Positions 28,793 through 38,889 of a stretch of 56,546 bases of DNA are shown here, piece after piece. The notes below the pieces were generated by a model. It saw nothing but the letters and a program-made list of their open reading frames with translations. It ran no database searches and was not told where the DNA came from. The first letter of the stretch is position 1. Every line of letters starts with the position of its first letter. The stretch comes from an uncultured Mycoplasmatota bacterium (GTDB lineage Bacteria; Bacillota_I; Bacilli_A; RF39; UBA660): contig CAOKBR010000002.1 of assembly GCA_948466735.1 (NCBI GenBank), positions 1 through 56,546 on the forward strand, in the 5' to 3' direction. Both the position numbers and the translations under genes were made by a program.

Positions 28793-30145
28793 TTATCCTT
28801 CCTCCTTTACATCATCTTTTTGAAAGTTTAAAAAAGTACTTGTATCTCGTTTATATAATAATTGCACTGTCTTCGTTGGACCATTTCTATGTTTTCCAAT
28901 GATAAATTCAGTAATACTAGTATTATCATCCATTCTTGCTTCTTTATTGTAATAGTCATCACGATATAAGAATGATACAATATCAGCATCTTGTTCAATG
29001 GAACCTGATTCACGTAAATCACTCATAATTGGACGTTTATCTTCGCGTCCTTCAACAGCTCTTGACAATTGTGCTAAAGCAATAACTGGAACATGAAGTT
29101 CCATTGCCATTGTCTTTAGCGATCTTGAAATATCAGATACTTCTTGTTGACGATTCGCTCCATAGTTCCTTCCACCAGAAATTAATTGTAAGTAATCAAT
29201 AATGACCATACCAAGACCTTGTTCACTAGCAGATAATCTACGGCATTTTGCACGAATTTCACCTATACTAATACCTGGTGTATCATCAATATACATATTT
29301 GCTTGAGATAATCTACTAATTGATTCATTAATTCTTTTCCAATCATCATTTAGCAGCGAACCTGTTCTTAATTTATAACCATCGATTTGTCCTAGTGAAC
29401 TAAGCATTCTCGTTGCTAACTGCTCAGCACCCATTTCTAAATTAAAAAGGGCTACTGTTTTATCTGTATTCATTGCTACATAGGTAGCCATATTTAAAGC
29501 AATTGCCGTTTTTCCCATAGCAGGACGTGCGGCAATAATGATTAACTCATTTTCATGAAATCCTGCTGTTACTTTATCTAAGTCAATCCAACCACTGGGA
29601 ATACCTGTAATTTCTCCTCTTGTTTTAGAAAGCCTTTCTAAATCGGCCTGTGTTTTATAAAGTACTTCTTTAATACTTCTAAATTCGCCACTTTCTTTTC
29701 GTTTTGAAATATTTAGTATCCTTTTATTCGCTTCTTCTAATAAATCATCTACACTACCACTTGATTGATACCCTAATGTAGCAATTTGTTCTGCTTCATT
29801 AATTACTTTTCTTAAAATAGAACGATCTAGGACAATACTAATATAATAATCAACATTAGCAGCAGTAGGCACATAATTAATCAATTCCGTTAAATATTCT
29901 ACTCCCCCAGCATCATTTAATTGATTCTTTTGAGTTAAAGTGGAAGTAACTGTTGTCATATCTACTGGTGTTTTACTTTCTGAAAGAGATGAAAATATTT
30001 GAAAAATTATAGCGTTTTTCTGAAGATAAAAGTCATCGCTTGATAACGATTCGCAAGTCTTTTCAAGAGCATATTTAGATAAAAAACAAGCTCCCAAAAC
30101 GGATTTTTCTGCTTCTATATCGTGGGGAAGTTCTCTACCTTTCAT
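28793..30145 (-). CDS. dnaB: Replicative DNA helicase (DnaB family; DnaC in Bacillus nomenclature)
   Basis: PHDIEAEKSVLG, Walker A ARPAMGKT and IIDYLQL. Confidence 0.97.
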   Translation of the reverse strand: MKGRELPHDIEAEKSVLGACFLSKYALEKTCESLSSDDFYLQKNAIIFQIFSSLSESKTPVDMTTVTSTLTQKNQLNDAGGVEYLTELINYVPTAANVDYYISIVLDRSILRKVINEAEQIATLGYQSSGSVDDLLEEANKRILNISKRKESGEFRSIKEVLYKTQADLERLSKTRGEITGIPSGWIDLDKVTAGFHENELIIIAARPAMGKTAIALNMATYVAMNTDKTVALFNLEMGAEQLATRMLSSLGQIDGYKLRTGSLLNDDWKRINESISRLSQANMYIDDTPGISIGEIRAKCRRLSASEQGLGMVIIDYLQLISGGRNYGANRQQEVSDISRSLKTMAMELHVPVIALAQLSRAVEGREDKRPIMSDLRESGSIEQDADIVSFLYRDDYYNKEARMDDNTSITEFIIGKHRNGPTKTVQLLYKRDTSTFLNFQKDDVKEEG

Positions 30146-30154
30146 CTATATCAC

Positions 30155-30598
30155 CTACTCTTTTACTACATGAACCTTTATTTTTGCACACACACCTTTA
30201 TATAATTCAATATCTACATAATGAAAACCTAGTGATGTTATACTTAATTTTGAATCAATTTGACCTTTTTCTACAATATAACCTTTCTTTTTTAATTCAT
30301 CTTTAATTTGCTTAGCACTAATTGAACCAAACATTTGATCATTTTTTCCTGATTTTACTTTAAATTCTAGGACTAAATCTTGAATTTTTTTCTTCTCATT
30401 TAATGCCCAATCATAACGAGCTTTTTCTTCTTCTTTTAAACGCAATTGTTCTTTTTGATAATCTGATAAAACTTTTTCCGTCAACTTTTGCGCATAACCA
30501 TTTTTTATCAAATAATTTTGAGCAAAACCATCTTTAACTTCTTTAATTGTACCTTTTTTAGCTTCTTTTTTATAATCTTTTAAAAATATTACTTTCAT
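30155..30598 (-). CDS. rplI: 50S ribosomal protein L9
   Basis: [11 protein letters not shown]..., 147 aa, located between the DHH gene and dnaB as in Bacillus. Confidence 0.95.
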   Translation of the reverse strand: MKVIFLKDYKKEAKKGTIKEVKDGFAQNYLIKNGYAQKLTEKVLSDYQKEQLRLKEEEKARYDWALNEKKKIQDLVLEFKVKSGKNDQMFGSISAKQIKDELKKKGYIVEKGQIDSKLSITSLGFHYVDIELYKGVCAKIKVHVVKE

Positions 30599-30611
30599 TT
30601 TTTCACCTACT

Positions 30612-31598
30612 TTATATGTTATTCATATATTGATTAATTACATCGATTAATTTTTTTTGAATATCTTGAATTGTTCCTGTCGTAATTTTACAAGCAGCTT
30701 CATGCTTTGAACCTCCTCCACCTAAATGATCTAATATTTCATTAACAGCAATATTTCCTATAGACCTAGCACTAATTCCTATAGTAGAATCACCTAAAGA
30801 AGCAATAACAAATGACGCTTCAATATCATTAAATAGTAATAGTGTATCTGCTAATTTTGCTAAATCCTCTCTTCGATATTTGACTTTTCCATCACTTTTC
30901 GTTAAGGCTATTTTTCTATGAAGCACTTCTATATTGGTTAATGCTTTTTGTCTTTCAATATATTCATCTAAATCTTGTTTCAAATAATATTGAACCCGAT
31001 TAGGATCCGCTCCTAAGGAAGTTAAAAAATATGCAGAATAAAATGTATCTTTTGTGGTTTTTAAGACAAAGTTATTTGTATCCAAAATAATTCCTGCTAA
31101 TATTGCCGTACTAATATATGACGTTGGTTTTAATTTATAAGAACGAACTAAATCTGTAACCATCTCACAAGCACTGGAAGCTTTATTATCAATAATACTA
31201 AGGGAAGTCTTAATGGAATCTTCATTTTCTTCATGATGATCAATTACGACAATATTTGAAAAATATTCTATCACGTTTTTCTCTTGAAGTAAAAAGTTTT
31301 TATTACAATCTACAACAATTAACAAATCTTTAATAGTAGGTGTCATTTCTTTTAATGTGTTACTAGTGATAATCGATAAATCAAGATCTCTTTCGCTTAA
31401 GACTTTATCTACACCTTTTTCTTTTTTCAAGTCATCAATAATAATATAGGCATCTTTTCTTAAAGCACTAGCGATATAATACATACCAATGGCAGCACCT
31501 ATAGCATCTAAATCTAAATCGGCGTGTCCTACAATAAAGATTCTATCACTTTTTTTCATCGTGTTTTTCAAGCGATGTTTAAATTGATTGATATTCAT
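30612..31598 (-). CDS. Stand-alone DHH/DHHA1 phosphoesterase (GdpP C-terminal-like / NrnA-like)
   Basis: [15 protein letters not shown] (VIDHHE) and a DHHA1 [10 protein letters not shown] motif. It occupies the gdpP(yybT) position upstream of rplI but has no TM, PAS or GGDEF region. Confidence 0.85.
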   Translation of the reverse strand: MNINQFKHRLKNTMKKSDRIFIVGHADLDLDAIGAAIGMYYIASALRKDAYIIIDDLKKEKGVDKVLSERDLDLSIITSNTLKEMTPTIKDLLIVVDCNKNFLLQEKNVIEYFSNIVVIDHHEENEDSIKTSLSIIDNKASSACEMVTDLVRSYKLKPTSYISTAILAGIILDTNNFVLKTTKDTFYSAYFLTSLGADPNRVQYYLKQDLDEYIERQKALTNIEVLHRKIALTKSDGKVKYRREDLAKLADTLLLFNDIEASFVIASLGDSTIGISARSIGNIAVNEILDHLGGGGSKHEAACKITTGTIQDIQKKLIDVINQYMNNI

Positions 31599-31720
31599 TT
31601 TTATACCTCCTAATAAGGATACTATTATTATATAATATTTTTTTTAAATTAAAAAGAAACATTCGCTCGGTTAATGGCAATAAATTCACTATTTTTATTG
31701 TATATCAGGGAATTATTGGG

Positions 31721-31747
31721 AAAAAAAAAGATACATTTTTTGTATCT
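31721..31747 (-). terminator. Terminator after the rpsF-ssb-rpsR operon
   Basis: Minus strand reads AGAUACA-aaaaa-UGUAUCU followed by a U9 run. It overlaps the rpsR stop by 2 nt. Confidence 0.6.
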
Positions 31748-31961
31748 ATTTTGTATATGGTAATAGTCCAATTGCTCTTGCTCTTTTAATTTGAATAGCA
31801 ATATGTCTTTGATGCTTAGCACACGCACCTGTTACACGTCTTGGTAAAATTTTACCTCTTTCATTAATATAACGTTTTAAGGTTTCTACATCTTTATAAT
31901 CAATGTTTTTTCCCGTGCACATATAGCATACTTTTTTTCTTTTACGAAAAAATTCAGCCAT
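31746..31961 (-). CDS. rpsR: 30S ribosomal protein S18
   Basis: 71 aa with [15 protein letters not shown]. Confidence 0.96.
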   Translation of the reverse strand: MAEFFRKRKKVCYMCTGKNIDYKDVETLKRYINERGKILPRRVTGACAKHQRHIAIQIKRARAIGLLPYTK

Positions 31962-31978
31962 AATACGTTCCTCCTTTT

Positions 31979-32476
31979 TTAAAATGGTAATTCATCATCA
32001 TTAATTTCTATACTTGCACCAAAGTCTGCAAACGGATTATTATCCATATTTGTTCCCTTGGGTTCAGTTGCTGGTACATCTTGAGCACTAAAGTCGTATG
32101 GAGTAGGATTAGACGATACGTTAAAAGCGCCTTCATTAGGCATAGCACCGTTATCCGCTCTTTTTGAGCCAAGAAATTCTACATTATCTGCTATTACTTC
32201 AGTAACATATCTTTTATTTCCATTTTGATCATCATAATTTCTTGTTTGAATGCGACCATCAATGGCTACTTGACTACCTTGTGCTAGATAATTTTTTACA
32301 TTTTCAGCTTGTTTTCTCCACACCACAATATTAATAAAGTCCGCTTCTCTTTCCCCAGATTGACTAGTAAAAGGACGATTTACGGCAATACTAAATGTTG
32401 CTACTGCTGTATTATTGCCTGTATAACGTAATTCTGGGTCTCTAGTTAAGCGTCCAATTAAAAATACTTTATTCAT
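31979..32476 (-). CDS. ssb: Single-stranded DNA-binding protein
   Basis: OB fold ([19 protein letters not shown]) and an acidic tail ending DDELPF. Confidence 0.97.
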   Translation of the reverse strand: MNKVFLIGRLTRDPELRYTGNNTAVATFSIAVNRPFTSQSGEREADFINIVVWRKQAENVKNYLAQGSQVAIDGRIQTRNYDDQNGNKRYVTEVIADNVEFLGSKRADNGAMPNEGAFNVSSNPTPYDFSAQDVPATEPKGTNMDNNPFADFGASIEINDDELPF

Positions 32477-32490
32477 AGCTACCTCTTTTC

Positions 32491-32781
32491 TTAATTGTCG
32501 ACTCTAACGACTAAGTGACGTAGAACATTTTCGTTGATACGTGCAAGACGTGAAAATTCTTCTATCGCTTTAGCATCATTAGCATCTACATAGTATAGAA
32601 AATAATATCCCATTTTGTAACCATTCATTTCATAAGCAATTTCGCGTTGTCCCATTTCTTTTTCTTCAGTAATAACTGCATTGTTTGCTGTTAAAGCTTG
32701 TTTTAAACTATTTGCTAGCTCTTTTATAACAGGCTCCTCTAAATCTGGTTTCACAATGTACATTAATTCGTACTTTCTCAT
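32491..32781 (-). CDS. rpsF: 30S ribosomal protein S6
   Basis: MRKYELMYIVKPDLEE..., 96 aa. Confidence 0.96.
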   Translation of the reverse strand: MRKYELMYIVKPDLEEPVIKELANSLKQALTANNAVITEEKEMGQREIAYEMNGYKMGYYFLYYVDANDAKAIEEFSRLARINENVLRHLVVRVDN

Positions 32782-32887
32782 TTTTTACACCTCCTTTTGG
32801 TCTTTGGCCACTAAAAAATGGCAAGGAGTATTAAATACTCAAGTTGTATTATAGCAGAACTCTAATAAAAAGTCTACAAAAATCTCC

Positions 32888-33988
32888 TTAAACATTGAAA
32901 CGAAAGTAACAAATATCCCCGTCTTGCATTAAATAGTCTTTTCCTTCTAATCGTGCTTTCCCTGCTTCTTTTACTTTAACTTCGTTTCCATATTCAATTA
33001 AATCCTGATAACTAATTACTTCTGCTTTGATAAATCCTTTTTCAAAATCACTATGGATAATTCCTGCACATTCCTTAGCGGTCATTCCCTTTTTGAATGT
33101 CCATGCTCTAACTTCATCTTTTCCTGCTGTAAAATATGTTTCAAGTCCTAATAAAGAATATGTTTCATGAATTAAATTATCTAATCCGCTGCAAGGTAGA
33201 TTCAACATAGTTAACATCTCTTGACACTCTTCACTACTCATACTAGATAAATCTTCTTCCGTTTTTGCACAAATAACAACAACTCTAGAATTTTCCTTTT
33301 TAGCATACTCTTTTACTAACTTTACATATTCATTATCCTCTTTCCCTAATTCTTCTTCATCTATATTAGCAATATAAATCATCGGTTTATTGGTTAAAAG
33401 ATGATAACTTTTTAATAATTGAAGTTCTTCTTTTTTTAAAGATAAAGTTCTTAGCGGAATATTTTTTTCTAAATTTTCTTTAATTTTTCTTAGCAATTCT
33501 ACTTCTAATAAATCAGAAGCCAATTTTGTTGTTTTTGCTTTTTTTTCTATCTTTCCTAACCGATTATCCACAATTTCTAAATCTGATAAAGATAACTCGA
33601 GATTAATTGTTTCGATATCTCTAATTGGATCGATTTTATTTTCTACATGAATAATATTTTTATTATCAAAACAACGAACAACTTCGCAAATAGCATCAAC
33701 TTCACGAATATGAGATAGAAATTTATTTCCTAATCCTTCTCCTTGACTAGCTCCTTTAACTAAACCAGCAATATCGGTGAATTCATAACTCGCTGGAATC
33801 ACTCTAGCTGGCTGATAAATTGCGTCCATTTTTTGCAAACGTTGATCAGGTACAAATACAACACCTACATTAGGATCAATTGTGGCAAAAGGGTAATTTG
33901 CCGCTAATATTTTTTGCTTAGTAATTGCATTAAACAAAGTAGATTTTCCTACATTTGGTAGACCTACAATTCCTGCGGTTAAACTCAT
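32888..33988 (-). CDS. ychF: Ribosome-binding ATPase YchF
   Basis: GIVGLPNVGKST, DIAGLV and a C-terminal TGS-like domain. Start set at the ATG at 33988 (AGGAG 8 nt upstream). Confidence 0.95.
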   Translation of the reverse strand: MSLTAGIVGLPNVGKSTLFNAITKQKILAANYPFATIDPNVGVVFVPDQRLQKMDAIYQPARVIPASYEFTDIAGLVKGASQGEGLGNKFLSHIREVDAICEVVRCFDNKNIIHVENKIDPIRDIETINLELSLSDLEIVDNRLGKIEKKAKTTKLASDLLEVELLRKIKENLEKNIPLRTLSLKKEELQLLKSYHLLTNKPMIYIANIDEEELGKEDNEYVKLVKEYAKKENSRVVVICAKTEEDLSSMSSEECQEMLTMLNLPCSGLDNLIHETYSLLGLETYFTAGKDEVRAWTFKKGMTAKECAGIIHSDFEKGFIKAEVISYQDLIEYGNEVKVKEAGKARLEGKDYLMQDGDICYFRFNV

Positions 33989-34000
33989 AATGTTCACTCC

Positions 34001-35596
34001 TTATAATGTCGGTAAAACATTAGGCCCTAATGGTAAGCCTAATAAATACCAACCAATTAATAATAATATCCAAGCAAGACTCATCAATAAGCAACAAGGT
34101 GCTGCAAAGCGAATTGCTTTAGTTATTCCAATAGGCTTTTCTTTATCTTTATGATATATATTTAAATAACCAATGTATACTACGAAAAAGGCCAACAATG
34201 GAGTAATACAATTTGTCATTGAATCTCCTGCTCTTAATAGCATTTGCGCAAACTGAGGCGAAATATTTGACTGCATCAACATAGGTACAACAACTGGAGA
34301 TAAAATACTCCACTTTAGTGTTGCTGTTGTATTAAATAAATTAACAAACGCAATTACTAAAATTACTAAGATAATTAATGGTAAACCAGTAAAAGATAAA
34401 TCATTAATTAAATTCGCACCTAAAGCAGTAATTACTGTTCCAATATTCGCTTTTTTGAAAATAGCAATAAACTGAGAAGCTACAAACATTAAAATAATAA
34501 TAGAACCAATATCTTTTAAATAAAGAGATGCTTTATTAAGAATATCGCGGTCATTTTTAAAAGTTTTTGCTCCACAACCATAAGCAATTCCACAAATAAC
34601 TAATAAAATAGATACCATAAACGTAAACCCATCTTGAAAATAAGAATTATTTCCAAATAATTGATTTAAATAAGTTGTTTCATTTGTATCTAATAGAATT
34701 CCAGAGCCTGGAAGATTTGGTACAATCATATAAATAAATAGTAAAACAACTACAACAAAGGCAATTAAAGCATAACGTAATCCTGCTTTTTCCTTTTTTT
34801 CTTGCTCAATTTTAACTTGTTCTGTATCAATTACATCTAAGACTTCAATTTCTTCTGTTTTACTCAAATCACCATCTTCTTTATATTTACCAAGTTTAGG
34901 AATAATCCATTTTTCTAAAATAATCGTTCCAATGATGGCTAATAAAATTGAAAAAGCAATAATGATAAATAAATTAGAGGTTAAACTAACGTGAAAGGTA
35001 TCATCAATTAACCTTGCTGATGAAGTAGTATAGGGAATTATTCCAACTTCCATAGAGCCTACGAATAAAGTGACTCCATAACCTAATCCAACACTACAAA
35101 AGGCACTAACAATACCTGCTAAAGGATTCCTTTTATTAGCTAAAAATACTATTGCTGATAAAGGAATTAAAATTGCGTACCCAACTTCATTAATCAAAGA
35201 TGAAATTATTCCAAGAAAAACAATAAAAAATGTAATGGTTTTGTTACTATGCTTATTCAAATACTTCTTCATAAATGTATTAATTAATCCAGATGATTCT
35301 GCTACACTAATTCCAATTAAAGAAATTAAAAGAATATTTAAAGGAGCAAAACTGATAAAATTACGAGCTGCATTACTAATAATATATTTTAATCCATCAT
35401 AATTAAATAGATTTTCTACAGTAACTAAAACAGGTTCTAATCGTAATAAATTATTATTTACTCGATTATAAGTAGCTTGAAATTCTAATTTAGATAAAAT
35501 TCCACTTAAAATTACAACAAAAATAGATAATACGATGAAAATCGTAACTGGATGAAAATAAAATTTTTTCAATCGCCTTCTTTTCTTCTCTTTCAT
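34001..35596 (-). CDS. AbgT-family transporter (p-aminobenzoyl-glutamate / antimetabolite efflux family)
   Basis: 531-aa polytopic protein with an AbgT-like N-terminus (HPVTIFIVLSI...) and overall pattern. Family call is from sequence memory, not a search. Confidence 0.7.
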   Translation of the reverse strand: MKEKKRRRLKKFYFHPVTIFIVLSIFVVILSGILSKLEFQATYNRVNNNLLRLEPVLVTVENLFNYDGLKYIISNAARNFISFAPLNILLISLIGISVAESSGLINTFMKKYLNKHSNKTITFFIVFLGIISSLINEVGYAILIPLSAIVFLANKRNPLAGIVSAFCSVGLGYGVTLFVGSMEVGIIPYTTSSARLIDDTFHVSLTSNLFIIIAFSILLAIIGTIILEKWIIPKLGKYKEDGDLSKTEEIEVLDVIDTEQVKIEQEKKEKAGLRYALIAFVVVVLLFIYMIVPNLPGSGILLDTNETTYLNQLFGNNSYFQDGFTFMVSILLVICGIAYGCGAKTFKNDRDILNKASLYLKDIGSIIILMFVASQFIAIFKKANIGTVITALGANLINDLSFTGLPLIILVILVIAFVNLFNTTATLKWSILSPVVVPMLMQSNISPQFAQMLLRAGDSMTNCITPLLAFFVVYIGYLNIYHKDKEKPIGITKAIRFAAPCCLLMSLAWILLLIGWYLLGLPLGPNVLPTL

Positions 35597-35790
35597 ACGT
35601 CTCCTATCACAATCTTTTTCACTTTTTTATTAAATTCTACTCGTGGGATTAACACCGTTCTTTGACAAGCAATACATCTAATTTTTATATCTGCACCAAC
35701 TCTTACGATCTCCCACAAATTATTTCCACAAGGATGTTGTTTTTTCATGATTACCTTAGTCCCTAACTGGTATTCTAACTGATTATCCAC
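35593..35790 (-). CDS. DUF951 family small protein
   Basis: KKQHPCGNNLWEIVRVGADIKIRCIACQRTVLIPRVEFNKKVKKI. I place the start at GTG 35790 (AGGAGG 6 nt upstream). The ORF-track N-terminal 26-aa hydrophobic extension is probably not translated. Confidence 0.75.
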   Translation of the reverse strand: MDNQLEYQLGTKVIMKKQHPCGNNLWEIVRVGADIKIRCIACQRTVLIPRVEFNKKVKKIVIGDV

Positions 35791-35900
35791 AATATACCTC
35801 CTAGTCTTAAGCTTGATAGAACAATAAGCACTATATATGATAATACCAATAATAAGATAAATCAACAATATTTATGTAAAACTTCATTAACTTTTGTTCA

Positions 35901-36788
35901 TTATTCCACTTGCATAATCTCTAAAATTCTATTTAAATCATTCGCATTAACAAAGTTAATTTCTATTTTTGTTCCCCTAACTTTAACTTTTGTCCCTAAT
36001 TTATCCCCTAATAATTCTTCAACGTAAGCAAATTCATTATTTTTTTCTTTATTAGGAAGGAATTTTTCTTTTTTCTTTTGATAGTTAACCTGTGAAGACA
36101 GTTCTTCTAATTGACGAACATTTAAGCCTGTTTTTACAATTTTTTCTGCTAAATTTTTTACTTTCTCACTATCTTCAATCTTACTTAATACTCTAGCGTG
36201 ACTCATAGTAATTTTATTTTCTATTAGTAAATCTTTAACATCTTCTGGTAAGGTTAGTAAGCCAAGCATATTGGTTACATGGCTTCGACTTTTTCCAATT
36301 CGATTTGCCAATTGTTCTTGTGTAAGGGTTAAATGATCAATCAAACTCTTATATGCCATAGCTTCTTCTAATGGAGATAAATTCTCTCTTTGTAGGTTTT
36401 CTAATAAAGCAATTTCCATCATTTCACTATCAGTAAAATCTTTTACTATAGCAGGTACAGTTGTTAACCCAGCTAATTTACTTGCTTTTACCCGACGTTC
36501 TCCAGCAATAATCTCATAACCTTTAATGCTTTTCTTGGCAATAATGGGACTAAAAACACCATGCTCTTTTATAGAACTTGCTAATTCTTCTAATGCTGTT
36601 TCATCAAATGTCTTCCTTGGCTGGTAAGGATTACTTCTTAATTCATTGATTTCTAATTCCACAACAGCATCTTTTGGAGTCGTCGTAATAATTTTTTCTT
36701 CCAATTTATCATAGTCAATTGGTTCATTATTAAATAATTCTTCCAAACCTCTTCCTAATGCTCTTCTTTTAGTTTCCATTTCTCTCAA
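35901..36788 (-). CDS. spo0J: Chromosome partitioning protein ParB/Spo0J
   Basis: RRALGRGLEELF, GERR (CTP-binding box), HTH region with GKSRSHVTNMLGLL (parS-type Arg), and a C-terminal dimerisation domain. The real start may be the ATG at 36779. Confidence 0.93.
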   Translation of the reverse strand: MREMETKRRALGRGLEELFNNEPIDYDKLEEKIITTTPKDAVVELEINELRSNPYQPRKTFDETALEELASSIKEHGVFSPIIAKKSIKGYEIIAGERRVKASKLAGLTTVPAIVKDFTDSEMMEIALLENLQRENLSPLEEAMAYKSLIDHLTLTQEQLANRIGKSRSHVTNMLGLLTLPEDVKDLLIENKITMSHARVLSKIEDSEKVKNLAEKIVKTGLNVRQLEELSSQVNYQKKKEKFLPNKEKNNEFAYVEELLGDKLGTKVKVRGTKIEINFVNANDLNRILEIMQVE

Positions 36789-37554
36789 TCACTTCCTTTG
36801 CTAAATTTAAGTAGGCTTCTGAACCCCTACTTTTAGGATCATATTCAATGATAGGTAAACCATGCGATGGAGCTTCTGTTAATCGAATTAAACGAGGAAT
36901 TATAGTATTATATACTCGTTCTTTAAAGTATTTTCTAATATCTTCTACCACCTCAAATCCTAAATTTGTACGTGAATCTAGCATGGTTAATAATACACCT
37001 TCTATATCCAAATTTGGATTTAATGTTTTTTGAGCAATCATAATTGTATTTAATAACTGCATAATACCTTCTAGAGCAAAAAATTCACATTGAACAGGAA
37101 TAATAACTGAATCTGATGCACTTAATGCATTAGTTGTAATTAATCCTAATGAAGGTGGACAATCAATGATAATATAATCAAATACACTTTTAGCAGGATA
37201 AAGATGCGCTTTTAATTGGCCTGTCTTAGAAAAAGATGCATCCATTTGTCCTTTTTCCATTAATTCAATGTCTATACCTGCTAAATTAATTGTTGCTGGT
37301 AATAAGTATAAATTATTGCATCGTGTTTTAATAATGGCATCATTTAAACTACTTGTTCCATTTAATACATCATATATACTTTTATCAAAATCTCCTTTAT
37401 TATACCCTACACCAGTAGTAGCATTTCCCTGAGGATCTAAATCTACTAATAACACTTTTTTTCCTAAAACTGCTAAAGATGCGGATAAATTTATGCTAGT
37501 CGTTGTTTTTCCAACTCCACCTTTTTGATTTACTAAAGAAATTATTTTTCCCAT
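36769..37554 (-). CDS. soj: ParA/Soj partitioning ATPase
   Basis: Deviant Walker A NQKGGVGKTTT, 261 aa, immediately upstream of spo0J. Confidence 0.95.
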   Translation of the reverse strand: MGKIISLVNQKGGVGKTTTSINLSASLAVLGKKVLLVDLDPQGNATTGVGYNKGDFDKSIYDVLNGTSSLNDAIIKTRCNNLYLLPATINLAGIDIELMEKGQMDASFSKTGQLKAHLYPAKSVFDYIIIDCPPSLGLITTNALSASDSVIIPVQCEFFALEGIMQLLNTIMIAQKTLNPNLDIEGVLLTMLDSRTNLGFEVVEDIRKYFKERVYNTIIPRLIRLTEAPSHGLPIIEYDPKSRGSEAYLNLAKEVIERNGN

Positions 37555-37591
37555 TTTATCACCTTTTTTTACTAATATAACTTATTTTATC

Positions 37592-37618
37592 AAAAAAAAA
37601 GCAGTTTTAAAATGCTTT
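37592..37618 (-). terminator. Terminator after the noc-like gene
   Basis: Minus strand reads AAAGCA-uuuuaaaac-UGCUUU followed by a U9 run. Confidence 0.45.
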
Positions 37619-37641
37619 TAATAGAAAAAGTAACTTTATTC

Positions 37642-38829
37642 TTAAGAATTTGTCGCTTTATTAATCTTAATTGTAATTTGATATACTCCATCAAGGTCGG
37701 CTTCCTCTTTATCTATACTAAAACCGTAGCTTTCAATACTAGACACTAAGGAACGAACTTGTTCTATGGCAGATTGTAAAGTATTGATGTTTTTCCGTTC
37801 AATGTTAGGTTCAAAATATAGTGCTTCTTGTAACTCTGGTTTAGGATTCATCAAAGAACCAAAGGCAATGTTAGGATCTAATACTTTTTCACTTGATGGA
37901 AGTAAGTCTAGTACTTCAATAGCTTCATCTTGATCAACTTGTACCTCTTGTTCTACTATTTTTCCATCTGGGGTATTTCCAACAAATCGATACTCATTTT
38001 TTTGATTGTTTTCACCTGTTGTTGGAATAGAATCTTGTTTAACAAATTTATTTACCTCTATATCTTTAGTTGTTCCGTCCGTTGTTTTTAATTCTTCTAA
38101 GTTTTGACTAACTTTTTGTTGGGTATTATTAATTTGCTGAATCATATCGTCTAATGTTGATAATTGTTTATTGATAAATTTATTTGTATTTTCCTTACTA
38201 TTTTCTAACTCTTTGCTATTATTTTGAGCGTTCAACATTTTAATTTCAGATTCTAATTCTCTAACTGTCATTCTTGTTGATATAATTCTTTGAAGTAACT
38301 CAATTTGTTTAGCTGGATCACTAACATTCAATAAACTTCTTGCATGCCGTTCAGAAATTTGATCTTTCATTAATGCATCCTGAATTTCTATAGGTAAAGA
38401 CAATAAACGTAATTTATTTGCTACTGAAGATTGGCTTTTTCCCATTGTTTTTGCTAATTCCTCTTGGGTCATCTGATCTAATTCTAAAATCTTTTGGTAT
38501 GTTCTTGCTTCCTCAACAGCACTTAAATCTTTTCTTTGTAAATTTTCAAGAAGTGCAACTTTTGAAGTTTCTTTATCATCTAAATTCCTAACAATAGCTG
38601 GAATCTTTGTCAATCCTGCCATGGCAGATGCCTTATAACGTCTTTCTCCAGCAATAATTTCGTATTTATCACCTATTTTTCTTACAATAATTGGTTGGAT
38701 TACTCCGTGTTCCTTTATTGATGCGGCTAATTCTTTTAAGGCTTTTTCATCAAATACTTCGCGTGGTTGAAATCTATTAGGTATAATCTCATCTAAATAT
38801 AAATTTATTATTTCATTTTCTGAATGCAT
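37642..38829 (-). CDS. noc: Noc-type ParB paralog (nucleoid occlusion protein-like) with a long internal insertion
   Basis: ParB N-domain (IIPNRFQPR, IIAGERRYKA). HTH region with Noc-type residues GKSQSSVANKLRLLSLP...ISERHARSL (compare B. subtilis Noc GKGQSTIANKLRLLKLP...ITERHARAL). C-terminal end ...YQITIKINK resembles Noc ...YIQLTIRIPK. It lies between rsmG and soj as noc does in Bacillus. Confidence 0.85.
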   Translation of the reverse strand: MHSENEIINLYLDEIIPNRFQPREVFDEKALKELAASIKEHGVIQPIIVRKIGDKYEIIAGERRYKASAMAGLTKIPAIVRNLDDKETSKVALLENLQRKDLSAVEEARTYQKILELDQMTQEELAKTMGKSQSSVANKLRLLSLPIEIQDALMKDQISERHARSLLNVSDPAKQIELLQRIISTRMTVRELESEIKMLNAQNNSKELENSKENTNKFINKQLSTLDDMIQQINNTQQKVSQNLEELKTTDGTTKDIEVNKFVKQDSIPTTGENNQKNEYRFVGNTPDGKIVEQEVQVDQDEAIEVLDLLPSSEKVLDPNIAFGSLMNPKPELQEALYFEPNIERKNINTLQSAIEQVRSLVSSIESYGFSIDKEEADLDGVYQITIKINKATNS

Positions 38830-38889
38830 AACATTTCCTCGCTATTCTATATATTATACTATCATACAATATATTATAGCATTATTTTA

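Noticed and set aside
35791-35868. N-terminal 26-aa hydrophobic extension of the DUF951 ORF, which would make it a membrane protein.
   Set aside because: A GTG with a perfect AGGAGG 6 nt upstream at 35790 gives the usual ~65-aa DUF951 length. The upstream ATG has no RBS.
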